A DNA stretch of 64,000 nt from the human T2T-CHM13v2.0 reference genome, Homo sapiens. Shown here in pieces: positions 13,420 to 30,566 of this stretch. A model generated the notes under the pieces. The model saw nothing but the letters and a program-made list of their open reading frames with translations. It was not told the DNA's origin and did no database searches. The DNA lies in the NCBI RefSeq assembly GCF_009914755.1, contig NC_060935.1, one strand, 5' to 3'. Position numbers and translations under genes: made by a program. How positions within the stretch are numbered: the stretch's first letter is position 1; each line of letters opens with the position of its first letter.

Positions 13420-13660
13420 ACATGTAACCATTAGTGCATAGCCTCTAGAGCCAGGTTACCTTAGATTGAATCCTGATTATACTACTTATTAGCTGTGTGA
13501 ACTTATTCAAGTTATTAAATTTCCTTGTTGCTTCTGTTTTTTCTTCTATAAACTGGGGGTAATACTACTACTTACCTGATAGGGTTGTTGTGAGAATTAT
13601 GTGAATTTAGTTTATAAAGCGTTTAGAACAGTGCCTAGTACACAGTAAGTGCTTTAACCT
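13420..13660 (+). mobile_element. MIR
   Basis: TTGAATCCTG...ACTTATTAGCTGTGTGA...ATAGGGTTGTTGTGAGAATT...TTAGAACAGTGCCTAGTACACAGTAAGTGCT. Confidence 0.75.
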
Positions 13661-15026
13661 TCTTGTCAAATAACTGAGTTAGTGAAGGAATAAATCTGGT
13701 TTTTGCACTGAAATCCTAAGCAACAATATTAAAAATATAATACACCTTTTCTTTATAAATTACTCAGTCTCAAGCATTCCTTTATAGTAATACAAACACT
13801 AAGACAGAGGCTCACATCAAATCACGAAATTAATGTATAAAATGTTAGAGAATTTTTTCTACATCTAAGCAAGCTTTCAATTTTCAGAAACCGTTAAGGA
13901 TGACAAAAGTAAAAGCAGAAATTCTTGATAGCTAAGACAAGAATTTATTAGACAAAAATTCCAGTGATAAAACTTAGCTTGGTTTGAGAGGAGGAAACCT
14001 GCATTTCCCTTTCTTAAAATAAGTCCTTTCTTTTACACAACAATGTGAATGTAATTATGTCACTGAACCGTACACTTATAAACAGTTAAAATGGTAATTT
14101 TTGTTACGTATATTTTATCACAATTTAAGAAATGTTTTTATAATGAGTCTTTTTTGTATTTACTTGGTACCATGGAAGATACCAGATCCAGAAAATACAC
14201 TAATTACCTTTTTCTGTAAAATTGATTTCTTCTAATCCATGGTTTGTTTGCTTTATAAAAATTGCCAAAAACCATAAAACACCTAAGATTTAAGATTCCT
14301 TACAATTGAGGTTTTTTTGTGGGGTTTTTTTGTAGCGAAATCTTTAAGCATTTAAACATACAAAATCAAATTAAATTATTAAATGAATAACTGCTGACTG
14401 AGTAAATTATTCACTTTCAATATAGACCAGATAAGGTATTTTTATGGATACTCTAAGCCACACATTACAGTTTGATGTTCTTAAGTAACTATCTATAAAG
14501 AGTATTTAACTCTAATTTTTTATTTTCTCTAAAATTTCTACTTCCCTATCACCCAAATAAAAGGCTTTGTCTATTTAGTGTGGCTCTACAGTTCAGGAAA
14601 TTCAGTATCTCTATGCAGAAATGAAAATCCTTTATGGTTTATTTTTCTACTTTTGTGTGCTCAATCAGACTAAAATTCTGCACAGATAACCAAATCATGC
14701 AAAATCAGAACATAAAAAGAAGAAAAGAGATAAAAATGAGGGTTTTGAAAAATTTCAAATAAATTAATATTATTCTATAGGAAAGTACAGTCAGCACTGT
14801 TTAGAATAAAATTAACCAAATGCAGAGTTGAAGTCCTTGAAAACATACAGGAAGTTTTTGGGGTCAAGATACTAGTATAGGATATAAATAGTATATATAT
14901 GAATATATGAATACTATATGACCATAAAGCTATTCAGAAAGACAGGTGTAGAATGTGGTTTCTCATCTTATCCTAAAGGACCACAAATAAAGTGGCAATA
15001 ACTTCTACTGGTATTTAACACTATTA

Positions 15027-15362
<336 letters not shown>

Positions 15363-15966
15363 CTAGTAGATATAGCAAGCTTTGTCAATTATGATAGGTG
15401 TAAAAGGAAAGAAATAGGACAAAAAACTCAGTAATAATGAAAAGTAGTCCTGAATCAATGTATTACAGAATCTTAAACTGAAAGAGATCTTTGAAATCAC
15501 TAGTCCAACTCTTTAATTTCACAGATGAGAAACAACAACAAAAACCAATACCTAGAACTGGTAATAAATTCCAAGTCTGTTTTGTATTTTATCTTAACTA
15601 TAAACAAATATCATTCTGACAGCCTGACACTAATTTCACAGCTGAATTTAAATGAATAAATGAATAATTTTAGGAGATCTCAAAAAGCAAAGAACTGGCT
15701 CTCTAATTAAAAGCCTACATACTTGTTTTAAAAATCCACTGCAAAATGAGCACAATGGAAAAAACAGAGCCACTAATTTCAAAGTACATCTCCTCATCTC
15801 AATCTCCATGGTCACCACAGGGGAAGTTCCTAGAACATGCCTTCAAAAACACCAGTACTTCTTACTGCTCTAGTATTTGTTGCAGTCATAGTCTACTAAT
15901 GAAAATAAAATTACAAAGAGAACTCATTCTCTCTTTAGTCCATTTGCAGTTTCGTATCACATTTAA

Positions 15967-15990
15967 GTGTGTGCGTGTGTGTGTGTGTGT
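15967..15990. repeat. (GT)n microsatellite
   Basis: gtgtgtgcgtgtgtgtgtgtgtgt. Confidence 0.9.
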
Positions 15991-17415
15991 AAACAAAAAC
16001 AATCATTTTCAATTAGTGGCAGAGTTTGTATAAATAGCTCTAAGATTCAAATGGGAGAAAAAAGGTAGGTCTCAGAGAGCCTAACTTCTCAACTTGCAAA
16101 GCTTAAATGTAGTAGTTACTTAACATGGCCTAACAGGAAAATACAAGGCCTGTCTGGGGAGAGTAACCTTTGCCAAGAAAAAGTGACTCTACTGATAATA
16201 TTTTTTTCCTAAGGTATTCTGAAGAAAAGAAATGCTGGTTAAAAGGTAACATAAAGGAAGACAGAGTTTTAATAAAATATCACCAATGGTCCAGAAAATC
16301 TCATTAAATATTAAGTTCTTTAACATTAAAATAATGTACATACTCAAAAATGTTCTGGGAACCCCAAATCCTGCTATGCTTAAAGCAGACCACACTGAAG
16401 ACAATGCTGGATTCAGAAAAAAATCTCCCAGTGGTGATCTACTTCCCTTTTTTAGATAACAGATCTCTCATCCTCTTGGCCACAAGGACTGTTGTTCCAC
16501 TCTTTCCTCCTATGGGTGTTTCCTATCTGGCTAGCTAAGGGGACTCCTTTTTCTTCTCTGCTACTGAGACCATTAAATTGCATGGAGGAAAGGCAGAGGA
16601 AGAAAAGTGAGGAAGGTGAAGGAAAGGAAATGGAGTGGACAAGGAGAATTGAAGGAAGGGGGGATGATTTATAGTAATGAATTCCTGAATCTTGCTGTTA
16701 ATGAACTCTATCCCATCCTTCCTCTATCTGCTATTTGGGTTGTGAACCAATACATGACCCTTTTTAAGTTCAAGATGGGTTTCTAGCACTCGTAACAGAA
16801 GTCACAACTAATATAGTGATATAATGGGAAGAAAACATGCTTAACCAGAAGCAAAAGAGAGTTGGTTCTACTACTGATATTACTGACTAGCCAAGTAAAG
16901 TTTGTTAGGTTACTTCTCTGAGTCTCAGTTTCCTCACCTATAATGAATGTTAGACACATTTAAGATTGAGAGAACATTCTATAAATGTGTTTTTCTAAAC
17001 TTCAGAAAATATATTTGCTCTTCTAAACTTGCCTATTATAATATCATCTCTTAAATATGTTGAACAGTATTTTGAATGCTAGAAAGTTTACAGCAAAATT
17101 AAGTCTCTCTAAAACAAAAGTAGGTATTTTTTAAGTGTACTGAAGCTTACAGGTAAGTCATATTTTTCACTGGTTATTACAGTATCAGAAGTCTACTGTC
17201 TGACCTCAATTTTTTCTTCCAAATATTAAGAAATCTAACAGGTGAAGATACAAGTTCAACTGTGGTTTGTGATAACGTGCCAATTAACTCTTTGACTTGA
17301 AATGTTAGCCACAAGAAGAAAATAATTAAAATTTTTAAAATTTTAGAATTATTAGCACTAAACTGGTTTTCAAGTGAATTTTTCAAATGAACATTTATAA
17401 AGAAAAATTCCTTAC

Positions 17416-17519
17416 TTTGTAATGGATCGACAAAAAGCTGCCATCTCCTCATTCTGTACTTCAACTTCTTGAAGAAGAGAACTTCCAGTTGGCAAACTAC
17501 TGGTCCCATTTGGGTCTTT
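17416..17519 (-). CDS. PIK3C2A: PIK3C2A coding exon (104 nt; [35 protein letters not shown])
   Basis: Acceptor ttaattacAG|AAAGAC, donor ACAAA|GTAAGG. Continues the frame from the first coding exon (phase 0 to 2). The ORF track shows only a different frame here. Confidence 0.96.
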
Positions 17520-19148
17520 CTGTAATTAAAAAAGTGTTTTTATTTTAAAAGTGGAAGATCCACAAAATGCTACATAGCAGCACAGCACAAACACATTTTT
17601 ATGAAAATATGTACAAAGCAATGGAGGTAAAATAAATCATATCAATAACAAATTTTTAAATTATATATTTCTATCTTTGTAAAAGTAATGTCAACTAAGC
17701 CTTATTTTCGTTCCTTGGTTTTACTTGCTCAATAGTAGAAACAGGCTATACCGGTCAGTAAGAATGGAATGCTAAAGACCTTTCCATTCAAAATATTCCT
17801 AAAATAGACACTTTAGAAATTTTACAACTAAATGAAATTAAAGGACTCTCTGTTTTAAGAATATGAAGAGATCAAGCCCATTTGGGACTCTTCTAATCAG
17901 CCAGAAATTCTATATATTCAACTAGGACCCAAATCCCAAGAAAGATGGTTTTTTATGTAAGAGAATGGGCATTTTCTAGGTTAATAAACTTATACTAACA
18001 TCCTCACAATCCCTAAAAAGCTAAGTTTACGTCTGGTCAAAAACTGTTTACAGCTTTCAGGGAGATCAATTCACCACCCAAGCATAGCCAAACAGCAGAG
18101 TCCATTGAGAGTGTTTTGACACTACATAAAAATAACTTGATTTGGTGCAAATTTCAAATATAAATTCCCTTTAAAATTAGAATTGGAACATTCTCAATTC
18201 AAAATTCAGTGAGAACAAAGTGCGTATATTTCAAGAGCTATAACAGATTTCAATGACTATGGCACACAAAAAGACTTTTTTTTCTTTGTTTTTTGAGACA
18301 AGGACTCATTCTGTCACCTAGGTTAGAGCACAGTCACTCAACAATGGCTCACTGCAGCTTTGACCTCCTGAGGTCAGGTGATCCACCTCAGCCTCCCAAG
18401 TAGCTGGGACTACAGGCATGGGCCACCCCACCTGGCTAATTTTTGTATTTTTTGTAGAGTCGGGGTTTTACCATGTTGCCCAGGATGATCTCAATCTCCT
18501 GGGCTCAAGCAATCTGCCTGCCTCAGCACACAAGATGATTCTGTGTGAGAAAATTAAACTGAAAATTTAGGTCAACAATTCCTTTATGAGTTTCCTTCCT
18601 TTAAAACATGTCAGAGCCCTTTCTGCTAGAATGTGATATACACATTTGGAGAAAAAAATAAATACTTCGAGTGCTACAAAACCACAATTAAAAGTAACAA
18701 GTCTCCTGGGGAAAAGAGAGTTAAGGTAGACTACTGAATATCAATGTAGCCAGGTGTGGCATTGCACACTTGTAGTCCCAGGTACCCAGGAGGCTAAATT
18801 AAGAGGGTCACTTGAGCCCAGAAGTTCGAGGCCAGCCCAAGCAACACAGTGAAGCCCCATCTCTAAAAATAAAAATAATTTTTTATATCAATATAACTCT
18901 GTAATCAAAGCCCTAACTAAAACGATAATAGGACCTTATAAAAATACTAGCACAGTTAAATGTCTGCTCCCATTTGCACCTAGCATTTCATCCTTTGAAG
19001 CCTAAAACCCTGGGGCTCTTGTTTCCTCATTTGAGATATGAATTCTTCAGGACATATGCTTCTAGTCAACACCAATTGCAATGAAGTTAAAAGTACAGTA
19101 CCACTGTGGGAGGCCAAGGCAGGCGGATCACCTGAGGTCAGGAGTTCA

Positions 19149-19504
<356 letters not shown>

Positions 19505-20078
19505 TCAGTGTTTTCCTAATATCTTCATATAGTGCTAAAGCTTTCCCTTAGGTTGTGAGAAGTTTGTTTCTGATTATTTCAAAAAGTTAATATGCCGGGA
19601 AAGATTACGTCTGAACTAATGCTACTTCCCCATTGTATTGACCTCAGTCTCATAGTTACCAATCACATATCAATCAATTTGTATTACAGAAGCAACCACT
19701 ATGACAAATAGACTATATTACTCTAAAGAATGGGATTTTATATTTCCTAGCAAATCCTCTGGTTTCACACTCCAAATCTGCCAAAATCTAATCCAATCTT
19801 ATTTCCCAGAATCTCCCTAAAGATTTCTATGTTCCAGTTAGCTTGAATCATATCCTGTTCCTATAAAACACAAATCAAGCTATCCTGCCTCTGGACTTTT
19901 CCCTTCACCTTCCTCTTAAACTTCCTTCACCACATGTGTCAAAAATCTATTAATTTTTGGCTGGGCACGGTGGCTCATGCCTGTAATCCCAGCACTTTGG
20001 GACGCCGAGGCAGGCAAATCACCTGAGGTCGGGAGTTCAAGACCAGCCTGACCAACTGGAGAAACCCCATCTCTACTA

Positions 20079-20287
<209 letters not shown>

Positions 20288-21624
20288 CTACAGGCATTCA
20301 TTTATATACTTATTTATCAAAAAAGCTCTAATAGGTGGGAACTATTATTACTCCCATTTTATGGAAAAAATGAGGCACAGATGAGTTAATTAACTCACAA
20401 GGTCATACAGCTAATATAGGCAGAGTGTGAATTTCAACCCAGGCAGTCTGGCTTCAATGTCACATGCTTAATCACCATGCTAATCTGTCTCTCAAAAGAA
20501 TATCCTTAAAAATCCTTAAAAACACAATGTGAAAAACAACGTTGTGACCTTTGTGGGAGCAGTGCTGGGAAAACCTAAAGCTTTGCTTGACCCAAGAATC
20601 ATCTTTCCCTGAAGAACTGTTCTTCATGTTTTACTTATTTTAAAAACAGATTCTGAATCTCCTTAGGTGGCATTTTAGGATTTAAAAAAAATAATAATAG
20701 TTGTATTTTTTGCTGTGTCTCTCATGAATTAGGTCTTTCCTTTTATTCAAGTTACGAGTTTGAATTAACAAAAACTGAATATAATAATTATCTAGTCACA
20801 CATCAAGGTAATAATAGAATCTGGAAAGTTAACTCAAATGTTAAAGTCTGTAAAGGGTAAAAAATAGCTAGGCTGCCAATATTTCACCTCAAACATTAAC
20901 AGTTTTGGGTTTTTCCCTCTGCTCTTTCTGGAATAAAAAATACATATATTTTACACCTATTCCCTTCACCCATACTCCCACCCCACTTCCAAACTCCACA
21001 CAAACAAACCAAAGCATCAAATCATCTCTTTTCTCCATGGATCTTGCACAGACTTTTCTTCTGTGGCACTCAAGACTTTCTATTTTGTACTGCATTTATA
21101 CACATTCACATCTTGTCTCCCCTTTCTAGCCCAAGTTCTTTAATGGTGAAGTCCACAAATGATTAGTATGTGCAATCCTCACACTGTATAACCACACACA
21201 TTTTTTAACAAATGAAAGAGATATATGATAATCAATAAGAAAACACTGCCAATGCATTAGCCAATACCTGGAACAAAGAAAGAAGTTTGCAGGGGAAGAT
21301 ACAAAGTTCTCTAGTAAATATGTTGTGTTTGAAAATCCATGTAGATGTTTAGGTCATCGTCTAGAAATGTTCTACTCCAGAAATATTCTATTCCAGAGCT
21401 AGAGACAAAGATTTAGTGATCATCCAATTTCTGTAATTTTTTACAGGGAACTCACTCTCTCTGTTAACTGCTGTCAGCATCCATCAGGATCACTGAGACA
21501 GCAAATTCTCAGTCAGTAGTCTTTGGGTCAAGCTCCATTAAGAGGAAACAGTCTCTTTGGGAAGCTAAAGGAGACATAAGGGCCTGTATCTGTGAGGCAC
21601 AGAACTGGGACATCTCTTTATTTT

Positions 21625-22024
21625 CGTATATATGGAATGGCTTATGCAATTATGAGCTGACAAGTCTCCAGATCTGCAGCTGGCAAGCTGGAGACAAAGG
21701 AGAGCAATGGTGCAGTTGCAGAACGCAGGAAGGGCCAATGCTTCTGTTTTAGTCCAAAGGTAGGAAAAAAATTGATGTTCCAGCTTCAAAGCAGTCAAGC
21801 AGGAGGAGTTTCCCCCTTACTTTTGGGAGGGTCATTCTGCAGGCCTTCAACTAATTGGATGAGGCTCACTCACATTAAGCAGGGAATTTGCTTTATCCAG
21901 CTGACCAATTCAAACATTAATCTGACCCAAAAACACGCTCATAGAAATACCCAGAATAATGTCTGATCAGATATCTGGACACCTCATGGCCTAGTCAAGC
22001 TGAAACATAAAATTAACCATCACA
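21625..22024. mobile_element. MLT2-family ERVL LTR
   Basis: Motifs GATCTGCAGCTGGCAAGCTGGAGAC and AGGCCTTCAACTAATTGGATGAGGC; end ATAAAATTAACCATCACA. Confidence 0.8.
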
Positions 22025-24332
22025 GCATCTCGAGCATAGACAGCCAAGGAGTCACATTACTACAAGGGTCTAGATCAGTAGCTTTCAATTTAAGTAAATT
22101 GGAGCCTCAAGAATAAAGCACTGGCCAAGGGAAAACAAGTAAAGCATTATTAAAAACAACCAAGAACAAAACCTTTGGAGGAATGCCTATGTTTAAAGGC
22201 TAGACAAAGAAAAAGGAGTCAAAAATCACAGGAAGAAAAATAGGAAGTAGATTTACCCAGGGCAACAGAAGTTTCAAGAAAAGGATGTAGTCAATTTTTA
22301 AAAAATAAGCAAAAGGGCTAAATGGTGAATATGGTCGAGGGATTGGCAATTCTATAACATAATGGGAATAACAGAAGGAGAGCAAGAGACTGGAAAGGCA
22401 GTGAGTACAAATTCCTTTTTAAAGAGTAATAACTTTAAGGACAGGTGTGGTAGCTCATATCTGTAATCCTAGCACTTTGGGAGGCAGGTGGATAGCTCTA
22501 GTCCAGGAGATGGAGACCAGCCTAGGCAACATAGTGAAACCCCATCTCTACACAATATACAAAACTTAGCTAGGTATGATGGCATGCCCCTGTAGTCCCA
22601 GCTACTCAGGAGGTTGAGGCAGGAGGATGGCTCGAACCCAGGAGACAGAGGTTGCAGTTAGCCGAGGTTGCACCATTACACTCTAGCCTGGATGACAGAG
22701 CAAGACCCTGCCTTAACAAAACCAAACCAAAACAAAACAAACAAACAAACAGTAATAACTTTGGGGAAGACAAGAACAAACAGGAACAAAAAAAACAGTT
22801 AAGTTTTGGAAAAGGGAAGGAACATCTCTTCCTTTCAAACCAGAAAGATGAGGGAAATGTGAGGTGAGCAGTTCACACATGGATGGCCTTGACCTCAATT
22901 TAAAAGAAAAAAAATGGTAGAGAGTTGGCAGAGGTGAGTTTGGAGGTTTAAGGAAAGTGGTGAAGGTTTAAAATAATTCACAAAAATTTATCATTAATAC
23001 TCTGTAAAGTAGTTACAAGAATATGGGGAAGATTTATACCTATACAAGTTCAAGGTTCATGCCACATTACCCAGAAATTATATGGAACACAACACCAAGT
23101 TTTCAATAAATGCACTTTAAACATTAAATACATATTACTTTTCAGAAGAAAGTTGGTTACATCCTTAATTGGACTTTTTCCCAAAGAAACTTATATTTAC
23201 TGTTCAAATATACTCAGTCAGACTATGAAAATCACATTTTGTTTAACTTTTGCTCTTCTTTAAAATTAATAATAGACATTTTGCCAATGGGGATATGTTT
23301 AAAATGTTAATACAATTAACTTTTAGAAAGAGTTTACAACCAAAGAACTTTGCAAAGCCACCTCTATGACAATAATTTGATCTATTATAAAATTCTTTGA
23401 AATCTGCTCAAAGTAGTTAAATTCACAGCTATTAACTAAAAGCCTGATTTAAACTTAAATTTCCAGAAGACAGTTTTAAGTATTATGTCTTTTACTGGTT
23501 TTGGTCACAAAAAATTGGAACTAATGTATTTAGGTTATTATTAATAAAACAAAGGACACTAGATGGAAACAGGAAGTAAGCTTGCTGAGTGAGAAGAAAA
23601 ATACCCTCTGTGTTGAGTTTTTACCACAAAGCACAAAATTCTTACAGGAAATGAACACTTAAGCATGTGAAGTAATTATAAAGAATAGGCATTGCAATAT
23701 TATTTTCCAATAAAAAATATCAGGGAAAAGTTTGTAAGTAGAGATGAATGGTGTGTGAAAAATTAAAAGCTCCGTGCCAATGAATTGTGCCATGGATTTC
23801 CAAAGTCAGCCTATTACCAGTGTTCAGTTTATCTCCCTATTTTGGTCTACATAAAACCAAACTTTATCTTCCTGTACACAAACAAAATGAAATCTTAGCA
23901 CTAACAAGAAGGCTTAGAACTTTTTCATACAAAAATCCATTCTGGGCCGGGCGCAGTGGCTCACATCTGTCATCCCAGCACTTTGGGAGGCTGAGGTGGG
24001 TGGATCACCTGAGGTCACGAGTTCAAGACCAGCCTGACCAATAATGGTGAAACCCCATCTCTACTAAAAATAGAAAAATTTGCCGGGTGTGGTGGCAGGT
24101 GCCTGTAATCCCAGCTACTCAGGAGGGAGGCTGAGAGAGGAGAATTGCTTGAACCCGAGACGTGGAGGTTGCAGTGAGCCAAGATTGCATCACTGCACTC
24201 CAGCCTGGGCGACAGAGTGAGACTCCATCTAAAAAAAAAAAAAAAAAACAAAAACAAAATCCTATCTATAGCATTTATAACAGGTGCATGCCAAGCCTCT
24301 AAGTCAATGTCTCAAATAATTGTGTTTACAAC

Positions 24333-24721
24333 TGTTAAATTTAGCCTAAACCTGCCTCCTAACACATTTTAAGTTCAGCCTAACAATTTCTCCATGCATA
24401 GTGAACTGTAACCTAACTGGATGTGTACAACAAACTGTAACCTACTCTTGTGCCAATCACCAAGTTTCGGCCAATCAAGGGTGGCCAACTGTTCAAAACC
24501 TGTTCAAATAAGGCAAACATCAAGCCATAACCAATTCAGCTGCTTCTGTACCTCGTTTCCATTTTCTGTACATCACTTTCCTTTTCTGACCATAAATCTT
24601 CCACCACATGGCTGCACTGGAGTCTCCCTGAACCCATTCTGCTTCAGGGGCTGCCTGATTTGTGATCTCTTCTTTGCTGAATTAAACTATGTTAAATATG
24701 TCTAAAGTTTTTCTCTTAACA
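24333..24721 (+). mobile_element. MER57-family ERV1 solo LTR, complete
   Basis: TG...CA termini (TGTTAAA...TTAACA) with 4-bp TSD CAAC (24329-24332, 24722-24725). CCAAT at 24453, 24471 and 24531; ATTAAA at 24681. Confidence 0.85.
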
Positions 24722-25006
24722 CAACCTGAGAGCAACCATCATGAAATGTCTCTTTCTAAGTTCCTTTATAGATATTTAACCATGAAACCTGTCTCCCTGA
24801 CTTTCTTCCCCATTGGTTCTTGTTCTACTTTTTAGGACAACAGATTTTAAAATTAAGCTACTAAACTGAATTCTCAATTCACAGAAAAAAATATATAAAC
24901 AAATAGGACTTGTTTGGCCAGGCACGGTGGCCACGCCTATAATCCCAGCACTTGGGGGGACTGAGGCGGGTGGATCACTTGAGGTCAGGAGCTCGAGACC
25001 AGCCTA

Positions 25007-25237
<231 letters not shown>

Positions 25238-27235
25238 TTAATTTTAAGTTTTTCTATGCAATGTATTTTAACTTTCAGCCCTTACTATCAGTTATTCCTT
25301 TGTTTTTTAGACACAGGGTCTCATTCTGTAGCCTTGGCTGGAGTACAAGGGCCTTATCATCATAGCTCATTGCAGCCTCAAACTCCTGGGCTTGAGATCC
25401 TCCTACTGCAGCTTCTTGAGTAGCTGGGACTACAGAATAGCTGTAGTCCCAGCGTGCATCACCACACACAGCTATTTTTTTTTTCTATAGACACGGGTCT
25501 CCCTACATTCCCCAGATTGGTCTCGAATTCTTGGCCTCAAGCAATCCTCCCACCTCGGCCTCCCAAAGCACTGGGTTTACAGGCATGAGCCACCAAACCC
25601 ACCATTCTACCAGTTGTTTCTATTATAATCTAGCACAGATTGTCATCTAATGTAACACAAAGTAGTATACTTAATATATTTAACGTACTGAAAAAATTAG
25701 TATATCAACATTTCATCCTGTTTTATAAGAGCACCATGACTTTCAGGTATTCTACTTCCTGAATTGGTTTGAAAATGTATGTCCAAAATACAAAACCTTA
25801 AAAAAAAAAAAAAAAGTCCACTTCCTCTTCCACATGGCAACTTCCCAAATTTTAACTATTATTTATGAAAGGATCTAGTCTAGCCAACTTTATTTCATAG
25901 ATAAAGAAACTCAGATTCAGTGATTTAACTCCAATTAATATTCTCTTCTTCAGACAAAATGCCTCCAACAGTTCCTCAAATGGCATACGTTCTAGATCCT
26001 GAAAACTATAGTCTTCTCTTTTCAAGACATACTCTAGGCTGGGCACAATGGCTTACACCACAGGGAGACCTCATCTTCACAAAACCCAAAAAAATTAGCT
26101 GGGTGTGGTGGCGTGTACCTATAGTCCCAGCCACTCAGGAGGCTGCATTAGAAGAATCACTTGAGTATGGGAGGTAGAGGCTACAGTGAGCCGTGATCGC
26201 ACTGCTGCACTCCACCCTAGGTAAAACAGTGTGAGACCCTGTCTTAAAAAAAAAAAAAAAAAAAGACAAACTTCAGTTTCCTTACTGGTGGCCCCTCTTA
26301 GGATATACTCAAACAAAATTATTAGATGGGGTTTGATTAGAGTATAATGGAATGATGAACACTTCCTCAGCCATGCTGCAGTTAGACTGCCTTAAGACTG
26401 GCAAGTAGCCTAAGCCATGTCAGTTCAGATAGCATGCTATCAGTAAAGCTGTTGATATGCTACACTGTAGTAATCTAGCTCCACTCTCTGATTGATCCCC
26501 TGATCAAGTCATATTATTGCTTACCCAGTTTCTGACTCATATCTCTCATAATCCATTTGCTTACTACTTTAATCCTTCCCCTATATTTTTTAACTAAGAT
26601 CTAGGAACTTGTTTCTGCTAAAACTAATCCTGTTTGGCAGCCTAGTTAATTAATTCCTAGAGTTTGAGCAACTAGCAGCTCTCTGTAACACCTATGTGAC
26701 TTGATTACCCAGATCTTGCTAGGCAAACTTCTTCCTATCTTTAGGAAACCACCCATCCTCATTATTCCTCCAAGATACTTTCTGAAAGCACCCCAAATAA
26801 GGAAAATATCAAGATGGTACTGTGACAAATATTTTAAATACATAAGAAAAAATAAATGTAGGGAGACTTACATGGGTGTCACACCCCTGCCCCACCAAAG
26901 GAAAGGGTGGAGAACACATGTGTTGAACTAGGAGTGACCAATCTAAACTAAAAAGGTCAAGCAGGGGCAGGAAGTTGAGTTTCGCAATGAAAGCATTAAC
27001 AACCTGTGCTTTGGGTTTTGAGCTGAAAAGAAACTGTTCCCAGGGTACTCTATTTTCACATTTGCTATTTGTCTTGTCATTTTCCCAACTTTATAGGCTC
27101 CTGAGTATGAATAAACTTTAAAATAACCTAGTCAAGAGGTCCCAAATGGAGGTCCAAGGGGGAAAGTTTTGAAAAAACTGGTTATCTTCCCCCTGAAATT
27201 CCATACTGTCCTTTGACACCCCTTCCTCCAAATCA

Positions 27236-27708
<473 letters not shown>

Positions 27709-28839
27709 TTAGAGTCAGATGGGTTTGAATGTCAGAACTTTGCTGCTTGCAAAGAGTTCTGCAGCCCTCTCCTTGACCTCCAACTTGTTATCATGAAAAT
27801 TTTCAAATATACACAAAGTAAATAATAGAATAAACACCCAGGTATCCATCATCGGCTTCAACAATTATCAACATATAGCCAATCTTGTTTCATCTATAAG
27901 CCCTCCAAACCCCAATACCTCACTTGATTTTACTACATTTTAAATTCTACAGTATACATCTCTAAATATAAGATTCATTTAATTAATTGCAATACCATTA
28001 TTACACCAAAATATTAACAGTAATTCCTTTTAACTTCTTTACATCTCAGTTTCCTCAACTGTAAAATAGGGATGGGTCATACTCTGGCCTCATAGGATTC
28101 TTGTGAGCTTTCTGTCTCAGTGATTAAAAAAAAAATGCAGAAGAGTCCTTTGGCTTTGGCAACATATTGGTAAAAATAATAATAAATAAAGAGTTCGGTT
28201 TGAGTATGTACAACATAGATAAAAAGCATGTAAGTTCTTGGGTTCCGAATCCCAGTCTTGGAGCTTTGGACAGTAAATAACCCACCTACCCAGAAACCTC
28301 AACTTGCTTAAGATGATGACTACATTGCATCTGGAATGGTAATATCAGCTTAGCTGGGATAATCTATTTCTCTCAGTAGGTAAATGACTTTTCAATAATG
28401 GGAAGTTCAGAATTTAAGATATAATTAAATTAATCAAGGTAATTTATAAACATCTGTATTAACTTCAAGACAATCTATTGTAGCTACAATGCATTCATTG
28501 TGGGGCTCTGCCTTCTACCAGTGCAAGGCTTGAGCCTAAGCGCAGCTCCCTACAAGACAAGGGGCTTCCTTTTCTTTGATAGCAAGACTAACTTATCAGA
28601 GCCCCAATGTCTGTCTCCAGGTTCAAGGCAGTTGCCCTTCCCAAACAACTATAAACAGCTGACATCTTAAATCCAGACTACATCTCAAATCCTGACTCCA
28701 GGCACTAAACACAGAATTCATTTCTCTCATGAGAAACCTATAAAATAGAGACCCACAGCTGGGGAGTCATCTGCCTATTAGAAATTGACCTGAATATGAA
28801 TCCAGCAGTGACCTGGGCCCTGCAGGATGGGAAAATTAG

Positions 28840-29160
<321 letters not shown>

Positions 29161-29223
29161 TAAACCTTCTTAACACCGATTTCTCTTCCTTCCAGACATC
29201 CAAAATGTTTTTTTTTTAAGTCA

Positions 29224-29397
<174 letters not shown>

Positions 29398-29404
29398 CTA
29401 CTTA

Positions 29405-29509
<105 letters not shown>

Positions 29510-30189
29510 TCAAAATAATAATAGTAATAAATAAAGTCAACAATTCAACATAAACCGATCCAAATCATGCAAAATCCATCCCTCCCTTCCCCATCTAAAT
29601 GCTAGTTAACTCCCAATGATAAAATAGTAGGTAAGTGCTGATCTAATTAGCTGAATATTAATTCACGTTAAAGTGAGAATGAGGCTTAAACATTCCCAGG
29701 ATACACAGATATAAAAGCAAAACACAAATCTGCAATGGTAATATTTCATTCTTCACTTTTATCGACAAAAGTGTTTAAAGGGAGAGTCCTTTAAATTGCT
29801 CTTCTCTCTGGGGTTATTTATTCATTGATTCATGGTTAAAAACAACAAAACAAAATGCGTGAGAATTTCTATAATGGGGCTAAAAACCAAAATTTCTTAT
29901 TTGCATTTAAAAAAAAAAAGGAATAAGGAAGAGAAAGAAGGGAGCATATGTAATGAGGAGACATGGACAGACAAATTTAAAATATCTTAAATGCCTCTCA
30001 GTGACAGCCAGTTCCTTCATTAGAGGCTTTTTATTTACAATCCTAGAAAAATATTAATAGCAAGCAATTTTTCAATTGGCCTAATCACATTTCATCCTTT
30101 GCCACACAAGCAAAGAATCAAAGCACACTTGAGAGCAAAGAAAAACAAAATTCAAAGTGAAAAATATTTTTTTTTCTTAACAAATTATG

Positions 30190-30532
<343 letters not shown>

Positions 30533-30566
30533 CTAAGTTTGAGAAGTTAGTAAGAAAAGACTATAC

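Noticed and set aside
14200-14290. Donor-like AAG|GTAATT on the gene strand suggesting a cryptic exon
   Set aside because: No convincing polypyrimidine/AG acceptor within exon distance.
17177-17509. 110-aa ORF overlapping a PIK3C2A exon
   Set aside because: It is an alternative frame running into the intron; the real frame is fixed by splice phase.
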